In this document: piece after piece, positions 1-12,440 of the stretch
How the letters are laid out: every line of letters begins with the position of its first letter
Position numbering within the stretch: position 1 is the stretch's first letter
DNA from: Strigamia acuminata
Taxonomy: Eukaryota
Reading direction: 5' to 3'
DNA length: 64,000 nucleotides
NCBI GenBank assembly: GCA_949358305.1
Contig: OX442314.1
Coordinates: 26,040,001 to 26,104,000, forward strand
The notes under the pieces: generated by a model
Told to the model about the DNA's origin: nothing
What the model saw: the letters and a program-made list of their open reading frames with translations, nothing else
Database searches by the model: none
Translations under genes and position numbers: made by a program

Positions 1-299
1 TAATCGATTCAATATCGAATGCAAATGGATGCGGGCAAACGTTGGAAATGTATTCAGTTGTAAAGCTGTGAAACCGGATTTCTGCATAAACTTTCGCTCG
101 TAAACAATTACGAGATAACTATCAAATATTAAGAGGTCATTGTCATGGAAAAAGATAAATTTAATTCTCAGATTAAAAAACCTAAAAAAATTTTTAAAAA
201 ATCTAATTTTACCGCGCATGCGCAACTCAAAAAAACTTTTACCGACTAATTTCACAAGATTTCGCATTCGAATAAAAATATTTGCACACAATAACGTCA

Positions 300-3200
300 A
301 AACCCCATAATTAAGCGGTCATTGTATTGTATTTCACAATTTCAACATCGATGACGCGCGAAAACAATCAAAATGCACCCACGCGTGCGTACTCGAGTGC
401 ACGGGAAATGCGCTTCGTTCCAGCCGAACAAAGCGCGCCATTCGCGGCCGGGGTTGACGCCGATTCCCGTGCTCGCGCTGCGGTTCAATTTCCCCGCATA
501 AAACGTCCCAATAGAAAACTTTTAATTTCGCAAAATGGCGGCATGTATTCCCAGAACATGACGAGCAACATAAAATAAAGAAGGGATAAAATAAAAAAAC
601 CTAAACCTACATAAAAAGGAGGTCATTAAAAGATTCGGGGAAAGGAAAGGAGGACAGGGTAGGACGAAAATGGTGTGTGGGGAATGATAAAGGGAGAAAC
701 ATGTGGTGGAACACGGAAAAAAATGTAGGTGGTGGGTGGATGGGGCGTAAACGGAATGTCGAGAGGAGAAGAAACTCATGACCGCCAACGCAAGAACCTT
801 GAATGGCGAAGGACAAAAAAATACAAGGCGAAAGTGAAGGACAAAAATGGATAACAAGTTCACGAACAAGAACTTTTTCAACTTCTGTTTTGGTTCGCAG
901 TTTCCAACGTAGACATTTTTTCTTTTTCAATTTTTTTTTTTTTTAAAATATGTGATCATGTTTTTTTTTCTTGTTTTGTTAACAAAATTCCACGCCTGAA
1001 TTCGAATTTATAAAAAATAAATAGAAAAAAGTATCGCCTGGGGTGGAAATTCCTTTAAATAACATCCAAAACGTTATTTAAATTCGAAATTAAAGACAAA
1101 AATGCTGTTTTATGAGTGAAAAACGTACGAGAAATGCTAATTTTACGTGAATTACGTAAGGATAATGTTATTCTAACGTGAAAAACGTACAAAAATGATT
1201 TTTTTGATCTTTAAAACCGTAAAAAAAAATTATTTTAACGTAGAAAACGCAAAACAATGCTATTTTAACGTGAAAAACGCACGAAAAATGCAATTTCAGC
1301 GGGGAAAACGCACGAAAAATGCAATTTCAGCGGGAAAAACGCACGAAAAATTATGTTTTAACGTAAAAAAAAAACATACAAATTTTATTTTACCGTGGAA
1401 AAACACACCAAGTGCCAATTAAACGCGAATAACGTACCAAAAACCTCATTTATCTCGTATCAACTTTAAAAACTCCATTCCCCAAACCTTAAACAACCAT
1501 TTAAAAACACCCTCGATCCACAAAAAAAACCCCCTAACCCAAAAAAACCCACCAAAAAAAAAAAAAAAACCTAACCCCAATTCAACAGATCCCACATTTC
1601 CATTTCCAGTTTACTTCATACACCCTCAAACCATAAGCCTAACCCAACTCCTAACAATGCCCATTGTCCCACACAACACTTCCCATGCGGAAAGGAAAAA
1701 CACACGCGGACCAAACCAAAAAAACAAAACAAAACAAAACAAAACACCAAAACACCAAACCCAAACAAAACAACAAAAACCAACAAAACGAACCGTCAAA
1801 CAAACAAATTTAAAAAAATATTTACAAAAATACGAACAAATTCAAATCCAAATAAAAAAATAACTTAAAAAAAAGATGGCCACTTACTTTGGGATGCATT
1901 TAGACGCCGGTAAAATGTCAATTCAAAAATATATATATTTCGTTCTTAAAAAAAATCCCAAAACTCGGCTGAAATCGCGAATAAAAACGAACAAAATCCC
2001 GCGGCCCGAAATTCGAACGTCCAGCGCAGTCCAAAGCAAACGTCGTCGTCACTACAAGTTGAGTCGTCTTGACAAAGAACAGATCACGTTGCGAATGAGA
2101 ACGAGACCGAGACGTTATTACTCTTGGCTTGGTTTTGGCTCTCTGCAAAGCCAAGGTTGACTGCCCCAGGCTACAGCTGCACCTTAAGCCTAATCCCTTC
2201 TTTCTGGTTCCCAACCCCTCCTGTCTCTTTTTCTCTAGCCCCGGGACCACTCTCGCCAGACGTGAATAATCCATCGACAAACTCCCATCACAACAAAATA
2301 AAACACGAAAATAAATCGACAAAAAATCGAACAAAATAAATTAAAATCGTTACAAAATTCAATTTCACTCGCAACACGAATTTTTCAACATTATTTAAAT
2401 TTCTCCCAATCCAAAATGGCCGCCAAATTTTTTATTTTTAAATTTTTTTTATTTTTTTGTGCAAAAATTTGCACGAATTCCACCAAATCCAAAAATAACC
2501 GGCCAAAAAATTCCACAATTTATTAAAACAAGCTTTTTATTCGCAACGCAAACTTTAATCCAGCTCATAAACTTGGCTCGATACCAACCAGCATCCGATA
2601 AAATCAAAATGGCAGTCAACAATTCGAAGCCCCGCACTTAACCCCGACTTCGAGTCTTCGACTCCGCTCCTTTCTTCTCCCGCCCAAAATTTTACGATTC
2701 CCAGATTAAACTCTATCACTGTGTATTAATCACACCCTCAATGACACTTTTCACGACCGGACATTAAATCGGCATTTTATAGACAGCAGAAGACGCCATT
2801 TCTCGGTACATCCCACGTTTCAACTAAAACTAAGGATTAAAACTTTTTATTTTTATTTTTTTTCAAAAAAAGGGTTAATAGAAACGGGGCAGCGCAGCCA
2901 TTAAGAGTCGAGCAAATTGACGATGGAATTCTGGGAAAAAGCCGCCATCACAGCCATGAAACGACATCGAATAAAAAGACGCCTTTTATCACCGCAGAGA
3001 CAAAACTCATTAAAACCGCGCCATCTTTTATTTTATCCCTTTTTCCACGAGGTTATAAAAGACGAATTACAAACGGGGCATTAAAATCGCTGCTCAGAAT
3101 GCAAACACACCTTACGGACCCAAAAATAAAAACAAAAATTTGACACCAGCTGACGCTTTTTAAATCTGAATTTCGGTCGTATCAAGCGGCACAGCAATCG

Positions 3201-4300
3201 GGGCCCCCAAATGAATTTTTATATCGAAAAATCATCAAATTTTCTTAGAAATTTCAATTTGCGGGGCCCGAAAAACCACTACGAAGATTTATATTCATCA
3301 CTGGGGCCCCCATTTGGGCCCCAAACTCCAAAATGTGGCGCTGGACGTGTCGAATAAATTTGATTTGGTTCGAAATAATTTTTCAATGAAGAATAAAAAT
3401 AAAACGATCGATCAGCGACGTCTGGATGGAGTTGGCGGAGTGAGCAAGAGAGAAGTAACGTGTATAAAAAGGAAAGAGTCCAACAAGTGGTTTTAACTTG
3501 TTGCTTCAACTTGGGTCTGGGGAAAGTCGATATGAAAATAATAAGGAGCGAAAATGGATGGCGTCATAAACCGGAAATGAGGTCATTTAAACTGCCATTT
3601 TCGATTGCAACAGGTCTTGAGATGGATGCGAGAAAAGCGCTATTGATTGAAATTGCACGAGAAAATTGAGTTCAAATTCGATTTTCTTAATTTCAGCGTT
3701 TAAAAAACCCACGCGGCGCCCCCTGTGAGCCAAAAATAAAAAAAAATTACAAATTGCTTCTCCAAACCTTTTAATTCCTCGCAATTTTCGCAAAAATTGC
3801 TTTTAAAACACGTTCTCCAGGCGCAACGAATCGATTTTCGAGCGTGCAATTTTTAATTCCATTCGCCCGGCTATCGGAGCGCTGTTGTCAAGCAACTTTG
3901 GCACAATCAAAACTTCTTCTAAACATGGCGCCCGGTGATTTATTCTCCTCCGAGCCGAGATTAACTCGATACAAGTAAAGAGAATTAAAAGACATTTATC
4001 TTTCAAATTACTTGTGCAAACAGATAACAAGATGGATGGCTCAATCTCGCGAAAAAACCAAAAAAAAACAAAAAAAAAAAGTTCATTTAAATCCCAGGAA
4101 ACTTTGAATTAGTGATTTCGTTTTCCAAAATTCACTTACAACATAAATATGTGAAATAAGAAAAAGTTAAGCAAGCGGAGCGAAAAAGAAAGATAATGGC
4201 GCTCTTTGTCGATGCCCATCGTTGGCGAAGAAGAAAGAAAACTCTCGATAAGTACAAATGGAGTCAACGACCCCTAGTGAGTTAAACTGGAAACTTCATG
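300..4300. promoter_or_regulatory. CpG-rich island-like region with many YY1/Pho-type (A)AATGGC motifs
   Basis: CG dinucleotides visibly much denser than elsewhere. Motifs: caaaatggcggc (531), aagatggccac (1873), aaaatggccgcc (2413), cgccatctt (~3019), aacatggcgcc (~3922), ataatggcgc (~4193). Confidence 0.5.
1101..1437. repeat. Degenerate ~30-31 bp tandem repeat (ttttaacgtgaaaaacgcacgaaaaatgc-like)
   Basis: About ten diverged units visible. Confidence 0.75.
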
Positions 4301-4678
4301 CAGAAATACAATTGTTTTTTTTTTTTTTTTGCTCGCAAAAACGCATGGAAAGACAGAGAAAGACAGAATTAAATAGAATTTTGGAAAGAAGCTTTTCCCC
4401 CTTGGTGGTCAACGTGAGTTGAACAGGTTTTTACTACGGTAATCCTTTCGACCCAGTCCAATGTGCAGCAAACTTAAAGCATGTGCGAATTACCAACAAA
4501 TTTCCTGCATAGCTAATGGTGGATACACACTGGGCGCAGAGCAAATTGCAAATGAGCGCACCATAGCTCCGATTAAAGTTCATATGCCCATTTGTTTACG
4601 GTAGTAATGAAGGAAAAGTTAAAATTTAATACGCAACTTTCAGGAATCGCTCATCATGCCGGTCAGTAGTGGCCACCT

Positions 4679-4740
4679 GTTACACAACATTGGGCATAGT
4701 CAGTACTAGGATGGGTGACCGACTAGGAATCTCAGTTGTT
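4679..4740 (+). pseudogene. 5S rRNA-derived fragment (3' half with internal control region); 5S pseudogene or SINE3-like head
   Basis: gttacacaacattgggcatagtcagtactaggatgggtgaccgactaggaa aligns by eye to animal 5S GTTAAGCAACGTCGGGC..GGTTAGTACTTGGATGGG(A/T)GACCGC.TGGGAA. The 5' half is not recognisable. Confidence 0.75.
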
Positions 4741-5036
4741 TCTCATCCTTGTCTGACTAAGATACTGTTTCTAGGGCAAGAACATCCGCCTCAAACTGGG
4801 TTTTCCATGCTTTTTCAAGTTCTCGATGGAAGAGCAAGGTTGGGGCCTCAAAAAAGTCGTCCCACAGACCGCGGCTTACATGGCCTAATACCCCTCACAA
4901 GTACTCGCCTAAGAGGTCATGACCATCAAAGCAGAAATACACAATACAAGCTCAATTAATTACAGCACACGCTAGAGAATTAGTTAAAACATGGCGGCCT
5001 AGCAAGAAACACGTCTGCTCAAAGTAAATTAATTAA

Positions 5037-5646
5037 TAAAGCATCGATTATCCGAACAAGCTTAAGCGAACGTCCGGTTATCCGAAGAGGGGTGATCGAT
5101 TTCTGAAGGATTCTTAATCATTTTTTTTAATTTTCATATACAGGACTAGGCCTGTGTAATTACTCTTTGAAGCGAATGCGATACTGCAGTTTGGCGATAT
5201 TTTTGCGATATATCAATTAGAAGTAGCGGTGTAATCGCATCATCGCAAGATATCGCAAAATATCACACTATCGCAATACTATAAGACATTGCAATATATT
5301 GCAATATGTGATATTGCGATATATTGCAATATGCGATGTTGCGATATAGCAATATGCGATATTGCAATATATTGCAATGTGCGATATTGCGATATACCGC
5401 AAACGACAGCTACTGACTAATGTAGCTGCGATATTACACCAAAAAATAATCGCATTGCAATATATCGCAAATTCGCACAGGGCTATACAGGAATTGTTGA
5501 TAATTCAGATTATGATAAGTCAAATAATTCATTTGACTTTGAATGCACCCAATATGTATACACAGTAACCTAATGTCCGATTACGCAAACAAATCGGTTT
5601 AATGAACACCTAAGTCTCCTAATTAGTTCAGATAACCGATGCACTA
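5037..5646 (-). mobile_element. pogo/Tigger-like MITE (same family as 62338-62663, inverted), interrupted by a hAT MITE
   Basis: Imperfect TIRs gcatcgattatccgaac / gttcagataaccgatgc. The reverse complement of 5570-5646 aligns with 62341-62420. Confidence 0.75.
5147..5485. mobile_element. hAT-type MITE with internal GCAATAT/GCGATAT repeats
   Basis: Ends TAGGCCTGTG...CACAGGGCTA; 8-bp TSD tacaggac/tacaggaa (7/8 match). Confidence 0.8.
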
Positions 5647-6424
5647 GTTTAGTAGAAGCCATTTTAGACCAATTTTAGACAACTAAATTACTGATTCATT
5701 GATAAACCCCACCACTATAAATTAAAAAAAGACAAATAAAATTTCCTTAAACGAAAAAAAAAAAATAAAAATAAAAATCTTCCATAAAAAAATTGTTTAA
5801 ATTCCAACACACCTGACCGCACACAGACGCACATAAAAAAATTTAATAAAAAACAACGCAATAAAAAAAAATAAAAACCCACTTTCCAAGTGTAGTCGAC
5901 AAATCATCTCAAGTTATGAAAATTCACAAAAATACCACACCAGTTGGCAACAAATATAGAAATGTAAATATAAGTCTCTAAATTAAATGGTAGAGAGTCT
6001 TCACAGATAAAAACCTTCCTTCCCTCTTGCACGGCCCTTGTGGAAACAAAGTGTACGTCTATAACATTAACATAATAATTGCTTCATTACAGAGATCTTG
6101 CAAAAATTTAACTTGTGCCGTTTTCAGACTTATAAACAAAGTTATATGGCACTTTTAACATTGCAAACTTTGTGTCTGTTATATGTACACTTACTTCCTT
6201 AATAACTGGACTGGAATTTAAATCGTAATTTCGTTGAATTGGGCTTGCTAAGCATTTTGGGTCCTTAGTTGATGAAGTTGGAGTAAAATAGCATACGACC
6301 ATGTTGTATTTGAAAATTAATATACCGGTAAGTGATTTTATTGCGATTAAAACTGGTCTGTGTCACAATTAATGACAATAGTCAAGACAAAACTTGTACT
6401 CGGGTCGGTTTTCCCATAAACTGA

Positions 6425-6645
6425 CACTGAACTGAACTGATTATTTGTCAACTGAACTGATTTTTTGTCAAGTAAACTGATTATTTGTCAACTGAACTGA
6501 TTTTTTGTCAACTAAACTGATTTTTTGTCAACTAAACTGATTTTTTTGTCAACTGAACTAATTTTTTGTCAACTGAACTAATTTTTTGTCAACTAAACTG
6601 ATTTTTTTGTCAACTGAAATGATTTTTTTGTCAACTGAACTGATT
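6425..6645. repeat. 20-21 bp tandem array (tcaactgaactgattttttg)
   Basis: About ten near-identical units. Confidence 0.95.
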
Positions 6646-7301
6646 CGGTTTGAAAATATTCAAACTGAAAATGAGCTGAACTAAAAAAACAAACTGAAAA
6701 TTTTGGATTAAAATTTTATTATTTAAACAAAACCCCCCAAAAAACATAAAAATTCCAAACTGCAATTTTAAACGAACTTTTCGAAGGCATCTAGCGATTT
6801 ATATAAGAAAATGACGTCTCTGGAACAAATTCAAACTTCTGCTTAAATGTTTTAAGTAGCTTAATGCTTTTTCACTTCAGGATATGTTTTTTTAAACTAA
6901 CGATCATGAAACTCGGCTGACGTGCAAAATCCAACGAGCGCACATACAAAAGCATGCAAAATTATACATTTAGACTAATTTAAAAAATTCAAACAAATCT
7001 AAATGACTTTACAAATGCACCCAGTGATCATTGGAAGGTAAAAATCAGAAAAAAAACCCAAAAAACCAATACAACCCATCTGTAATTACAGACTAATTCA
7101 GAAACTGGCATGCCAAGACTATCTCTAGAAATCTGCGGTTAAAAATAAAGCAACAGCCGAAACACTCCCAAACGAATTAACTAAATTATTATCGTGCACT
7201 TTTCAACTGACAAATAAATTCCAGGCCTAATAAACCTTCACCATTTTTCAAAATAAAAAAAAAAAATCCTTTTCCACCAAAAAATGGCAAATTTTCTTTA
7301 C

Positions 7302-7367
7302 CTTCATCGTACTCGTGGCAGCGCGAATTGGCGTCAATTCTAAATTGTCAGGCCAACAAAGGCTAAC
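7302..7367 (-). CDS. 66-nt symmetric exon, VSLCWPDNLELTPIRAATSTMK
   Basis: ttttttattttAG|GTTAGCC...ACGATGAAG|GTAAAG. Only the phase-0 frame is open (the other two hit TAG). The terminal ATG AAG could also start isoforms with non-coding 5' exons. Confidence 0.65.
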
Positions 7368-7859
7368 CTAAAATAAAAAACACATGAATAAAAATTGCAA
7401 AAACAAACAAAAACAGCAAAAAAATCACGGATTCAATTATGAAAAACAATAACACGGCCCAAACGTTGTCAAAACGAGAATACAGCAACTTCTGCGAGTC
7501 TATTTTGTTAAACTTATTGATTTTCTAGCACGAGTCCACTAGAAATGCGTGATATCTGAAAAGAAGATCTAAACTGGACGTCATGATCATAATCGTTATA
7601 ATAATTTGTGATGATCCCGCCAAGAGTCGACGTTACACTCGGAAAGTGCAATTGGCACGTGTTTCTAACTGTAACCACACAAAACATTACCGAAAGACAC
7701 GGCAGTGGACCGCCGCAAAAGAAGAAATTAGTAGCCTCTTAAGAGCTCTAGCGCCATTGTGTCTCGTAATGTCTCGTTCGTGACGAGAATCCGAAAAAAT
7801 GGTGAATAAAATTAAGGTTTCCGCGAATAAATATCTGTTCTAACTGACAGTAAACTCAC

Positions 7860-7880
7860 CAACTCTTTAAACAAGTTCTT
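7860..7880 (-). CDS. 21-nt symmetric microexon, KNLFKEL
   Basis: Long T tract ttttttttatttactttttAG|AAG AAC TTG TTT AAA GAG TTG|GTGAGT. Phase 0/0, open; the acceptor is a TAGAAG NAGNAG. Confidence 0.65.
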
Positions 7881-8553
7881 CTAAAAAGTAAATAAAAAAA
7901 AAAAAATAGGACTAAATTTGTCAAATTTCCATTTTAAACGCCACGCTGGGAATTTGTATTCAAACAATCACTGTAAACCTTCCATCTAGAATATTGACCG
8001 ATCCGCTAACTCTAAGGACACCCAATTTAAAACAGTCAAACATCACTACAACGGGTGCATTCAAAGCATGTGTTTACGTGATCATTTCGAGTTTCTATTA
8101 ATAAACGGGAGAGAAAAACACGCTGGACGACGATTATCCGTGAGATTATTTCGCTTTTGCGTCTCTTTTTGGGTTTTACAATTAAAATTCCTCAAAATTC
8201 CACAAACCACGTCAAAAACCACTCCAAGTTGTCTTTATTCTCTTTATGGAGTTTCTGAAGATGGTTCAGACCTTTTTTTAAGACCAAAAATCAACCAAAA
8301 CAGAAACAATAAATCCACTACAAAATTCGCCAAACCAACGACGAATATTCCATTCCGGAAGTAAAATAAATCAAAAATAATACACAACTCGCCATAAACC
8401 ATCCAAACAAAAACAATAACTTTTCTGCTTAAAGATGCAAGACGAAGAGCAAGAAGAAATAAAAATTGCAGCTGCAACTGCAACTAAACAACATAAAAGA
8501 GAGAGAATAGAAATTACTTTCTTCTTTCCGAGTTGCAGTTGCAAACAACGTAC

Positions 8554-8640
8554 CTCACTCTATTCAGCGTTAAATGGAGCATAAAGAAATTCCGGGGGTG
8601 GGTTTTTTGTTCGAGGAAAGTAACCAAGTCTCCGTTTTTA
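8554..8640 (-). other. Possible non-coding alternative 5' exon (only the donor is defined)
   Basis: Donor GAG|GTACGT at 8554/8553; in-frame TAG just upstream, so UTR if used. The 5' end is a guess. Confidence 0.3.
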
Positions 8641-8765
8641 ACCCGCCATAAAAAAAACATAAGAGGCCATTTTTAAATATTCATTTTAATGTCAATCCCA
8701 AACCAGAAGCTCTGGACTAAATCATTAACTTGTTGGCGCGCAGCCAACTTGGCTTCTTCGCTCAC

Positions 8766-8777
8766 CTGTGACGTCAT
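8766..8777 (-). CDS. Alternative start exon encoding MTSQ
   Basis: Minus strand ...gtgtttgg ATG ACG TCA CAG|GTGAGC: strong donor, phase 0, in-frame TAA ten codons upstream of the ATG. In phase with the 7860-7880 microexon. Confidence 0.5.
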
Positions 8778-9211
8778 CCAAACACACGCTTTCCTGTTGC
8801 TAAATTACCGTTGGCAGTTAGAGTTGCCAGTTTTACAATGGATTAACTTCCCTCCACTCAAAAATAATAAAAGAAGTGCGGCTAAGGTATAAAGACCGTC
8901 AACGACGCTAGTGTCAATTCTAAAGCGAAGAAACACTAAAACATGGCCACTTTATAAAGCTGAATGAACCGAAATGGCTATACATTATGAAATTTCATTG
9001 GCCTCCATAAAAAATTCAAAGGAAATCATCACGTGTGAGATTTTTTAAGTTTGCCCGTAAAAGCCGCGGAGCGAGCCAAAAACTTGCAATAGGCCCCACG
9101 CAAACCAAGACCGGAAGGAAACTATTAGTCATTTTTCTATCTGTTTTATACTTTAGATTTTGAGTGTTACAAGTCAATGACAATTGAAATTCCTTCATTT
9201 TCACGCAAACC

Positions 9212-9296
9212 ACACTGTATTCTGGGATGACAACAGGTAACAAACATGCTTAGTTGGCGAGCAATGCATGACACATGATTGCTGTCATCCAATCAG
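9212..9296 (-). mobile_element. Dispersed repeat; uninterrupted paralogue of 50505-50855
   Basis: The reverse complement ...cattgctcgccaacTAagcatgtttgttacc... equals the flanks of the insertion at 50547-50815. Confidence 0.8.
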
Positions 9297-9388
9297 CGTA
9301 CAGAACAACGAATCAATAGGAAATAACACACGAATACATGCCCATGTTATCCTTGGTTCATGCTAATACTCTAATGAACTAACGCTAA

Positions 9389-9882
9389 TAGAGTTTGCGG
9401 GATGCATTTGTCCCTTACAGTTAAAGACTATACGGTATAAAAATAGTGTAAGGGAAAAATGATAAATTAAGTTTTTGCAGACTGCACTTTTCCCTTATCT
9501 ATACACTATTTCAGCCAACTACTGACAGTTAGTAATTTTGGACCTGAAAATTTAATTTGGGGACGTAAATGTGCAAATTTCTGCATAAAATTCCATTATT
9601 ATGCCTATAAAGTATGGTTTTGGGCCTAAAATTCAATTTAGGGCCTCACTTATCATTAAATCTACGTACCTATGACTGTGATGTGTTTGATCGGGACAAC
9701 AAAATAATCGCCATTTGCAATGGGCGGAGCTTAAAATATAGTGTTCTCAATTCTGATTGGCTGCGCTATATTTTAATTTAGTGTTGAAAACGATACACTA
9801 AAGATTTTTCCCTTACGATATGGCACTAAAATAGCGTAACGTGGCACAAAATAAGGGAAAAATGCATGCCGCAAACTCTCTA
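9389..9882 (+). mobile_element. ~490-bp MITE family A, copy 1
   Basis: TIR tagagtttgcgggatgcattt / aaatgcatgccgcaaactctcta; near-identical copies at 51740-52232 and 55773-56242. Confidence 0.95.
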
Positions 9883-11089
9883 TTAAGCCTACAACCGCAA
9901 TTTTGTTTTCCGAAGTTTTATGTTGAAACGTTTGGAATTTCCAAACTTTAAAATTTCATATTTTCTAAAGAAGTTCCTACATTAATATGCACCGAGACTA
10001 CAACTATTTTTTCTTGCAGCAACATTTCAACAATATAAATTTGCGCAGCACAATTCATTTTAAACTTTTCACATTTTCCTCCCATTCACAATACATCATC
10101 TTTTTCCCTCTTCTTTGCATGAAAGACCACATATTTCTGTGAGAAAATTAAGTTTACGAGTTTAATTTCTCCAAGTGGCCTTCAAAGGAAAGAACAACGT
10201 CTACTCGACCGAATCGTTCGTCGAGTTCATGGCTGGCTATTTCGCAGTTGCTGAATGTGGACTTCACCGTCTTTGACCTAAACCGCTTATCGTTCAATTG
10301 TGATGTCTGCGTTAAATCACATTTCTAATAAATATAGCAGAACCGAGTTCAAAGTAGGAATGCACCAAGCTTGGGTCAACTATTTCCTTCAACGTCGGCT
10401 TTTTTGCCGCGTCACGCTTAATAAATACATCTGTCATTCTGGCTGTTTCCTAGATAGAAAGCTCAAGACTAACTCAGCACCTCGTCAAGAAAACTCCCAA
10501 ATTAAGAAAGAAACCAGTTGTCGATACATTTCTTGCACATCACGTGATGTTTAGTTAATTTCCCGTGATAACACTTATGCAAGATCAGTATGCTCTGTGT
10601 GCAGGAGTTATTGGGGCACAAATTTCTCAATTTTCCCACCAGCTGTTGCTGATTTGAATTTTAAATCCAGCCAATCATAGCTGCTGTGTCACTAGAGGAC
10701 GCCACAAACATGGGGTATGATTTTGGGCCTTGATATTCGCTGAACCCTCTTTACTCGATGGCATTTCATCGTTAATTTACAAAGCAAGTACAAAATATAT
10801 TGGCATTTGACATTAAACATGGTTGTGACCCAATGTGGCAATAATAAACAATACGATTATTATTATTATTAAGCCAAAGGCCCATGAGAGATATCAGGCC
10901 TTTCAAGCAGCGATCTGTAGGACGACTTTCTTAAGAATCCAACCAAAGAACTGAAAAATCCACAGAAATCCCAGTTCGAGGCAGTTGGCAGATGTTCTTG
11001 TCGTAAAAACTTTTTCCCGCAATTATTCTTTCCACAGATAGAAACAACTGAGATTTTCAGCAGGTTAACCATCCAAGTATTGACTATAC

Positions 11090-11345
11090 CAGCGGTCGGC
11101 AACTGGCGGCCCGCGGTCCGAATCCGGCCCGCGGAAGGTCGAAACTTGGACCGCCAGATATTTTTTATTATATATTTTTTTGGTATTTTTGTTGTTTTTT
11201 GGTGTTTTTTTGATTTTTTTGTTTTTTTTTGGTGTTTTTTGTGTTCTTTGTGTTCTTTTTGTTTTATTTTGTTGTCTTTTTCTGAACCTCAAAAAAAATT
11301 TTCACTAGTATCTGGACCCCACTCAAAATTACTTGCCGACCCCTG
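11090..11345. mobile_element. hAT (Charlie-like) MITE
   Basis: Ends CAGCGGTCGGCAA...TTGCCGACCCCTG; perfect 8-bp TSD gactatac (11082-11089, 11346-11353). Confidence 0.92.
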
Positions 11346-11348
11346 GAC

Positions 11349-11402
11349 TATACTCTAGTTGCACTCAAAAAGGCACTTTACAAGGTGTACTCCCATTGGT
11401 CG
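11349..11402 (+). mobile_element. Solo TIR of the TACTC MITE family (27479-type)
   Basis: tatactctagttgcactcaaaaaggcac...gtgtactcccattggtcg matches 27477-27530. Confidence 0.85.
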
Positions 11403-11493
11403 TAGTAATAGTATCTGTTGTACCTTTCGATGTTTATTGCATTATTAAATTTACTAATTTTCCTAACTTTTGAACAAAAAAAATTTAACACAT

Positions 11494-11559
11494 AAAATTT
11501 TACATTTAGACCAGTTAAAAAAATATAAACAAATTTAAATGACTTTATGAATGCGCCTA
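11494..11559. mobile_element. Right end of a TAGGCGCATTCATAAAG-terminated MITE family (also ~6958-7023, 52233-52300, 54468-54494)
   Basis: Shared ttacatttagac...aaatgactttatgaatgcgccta. Confidence 0.7.
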
Positions 11560-12440
11560 CGGTGCATTTTATTCATAAATAAATTTCTCGTTCCTGTACA
11601 ATACCTTTTTTCTGATTTTAAACACAAAGTGAGATATCAGTATCTGGAAATACAGCATAGCCCCTGGGAATGTCTCGTGGAACCCCAGGGCTCCGGAGAG
11701 CACATTTTGAGAAAGGTTGGTGTATGACATCACATGTGTGCAAGGAAAGATTTTCTGCTACATCCAAGTAGAAGATCCCTGGATTATTTATGCAAGGAAT
11801 AATCAGACTTGGGAATATTCCCTTTGAAGTGGTGTAGTTGAAACTCTGAATAGTAGTTAGTTCCTATAATTTAAATCACGATTGCTTTTCAACAAGATAA
11901 CAGTTTGATTTGATTTTTCCATAATGATATTTGGCCACAAATTTCATTACAAGGGATCGTGCAGATTTTTAATTAAAAGCCTAATGAAAACTCCCAGAGT
12001 ATAAACAAAATTTTATGGGAGATTAACTTGTAAAAGGGTAAAAATATTTTTTGGAAAAATGCTTCATATAAAAGGATTTCGCGAAATTTCAAGTAAAGTC
12101 AAGTTTTATGTCACGGTTAAACGAGGTCTGGTGCCAGCATCTCAACATCACCAACTCGTTGCAAGTTAATAAATTATGACTTATATAGTGAGTACGAGCT
12201 TAACCCAATTACCAAAAATCCATAAAAAAAACTTATAACTTCAATCCAAGATAAGCCTAATGTGTGTAGTCACTGATCACATTCATTCTTGGTGAATGAT
12301 ATAAACTGCAGTGTTTACTTCCGTTTCCGTAACAGCCAGTTTGTTGATTGGAGTTAGAGTGCAAGAGGGTTCGTGCGTGGTACAACGTGGAGTTGAATCG
12401 CAATTCTCGTTTGTTCATCAGTTTCGCACTTCTCAGGTGC

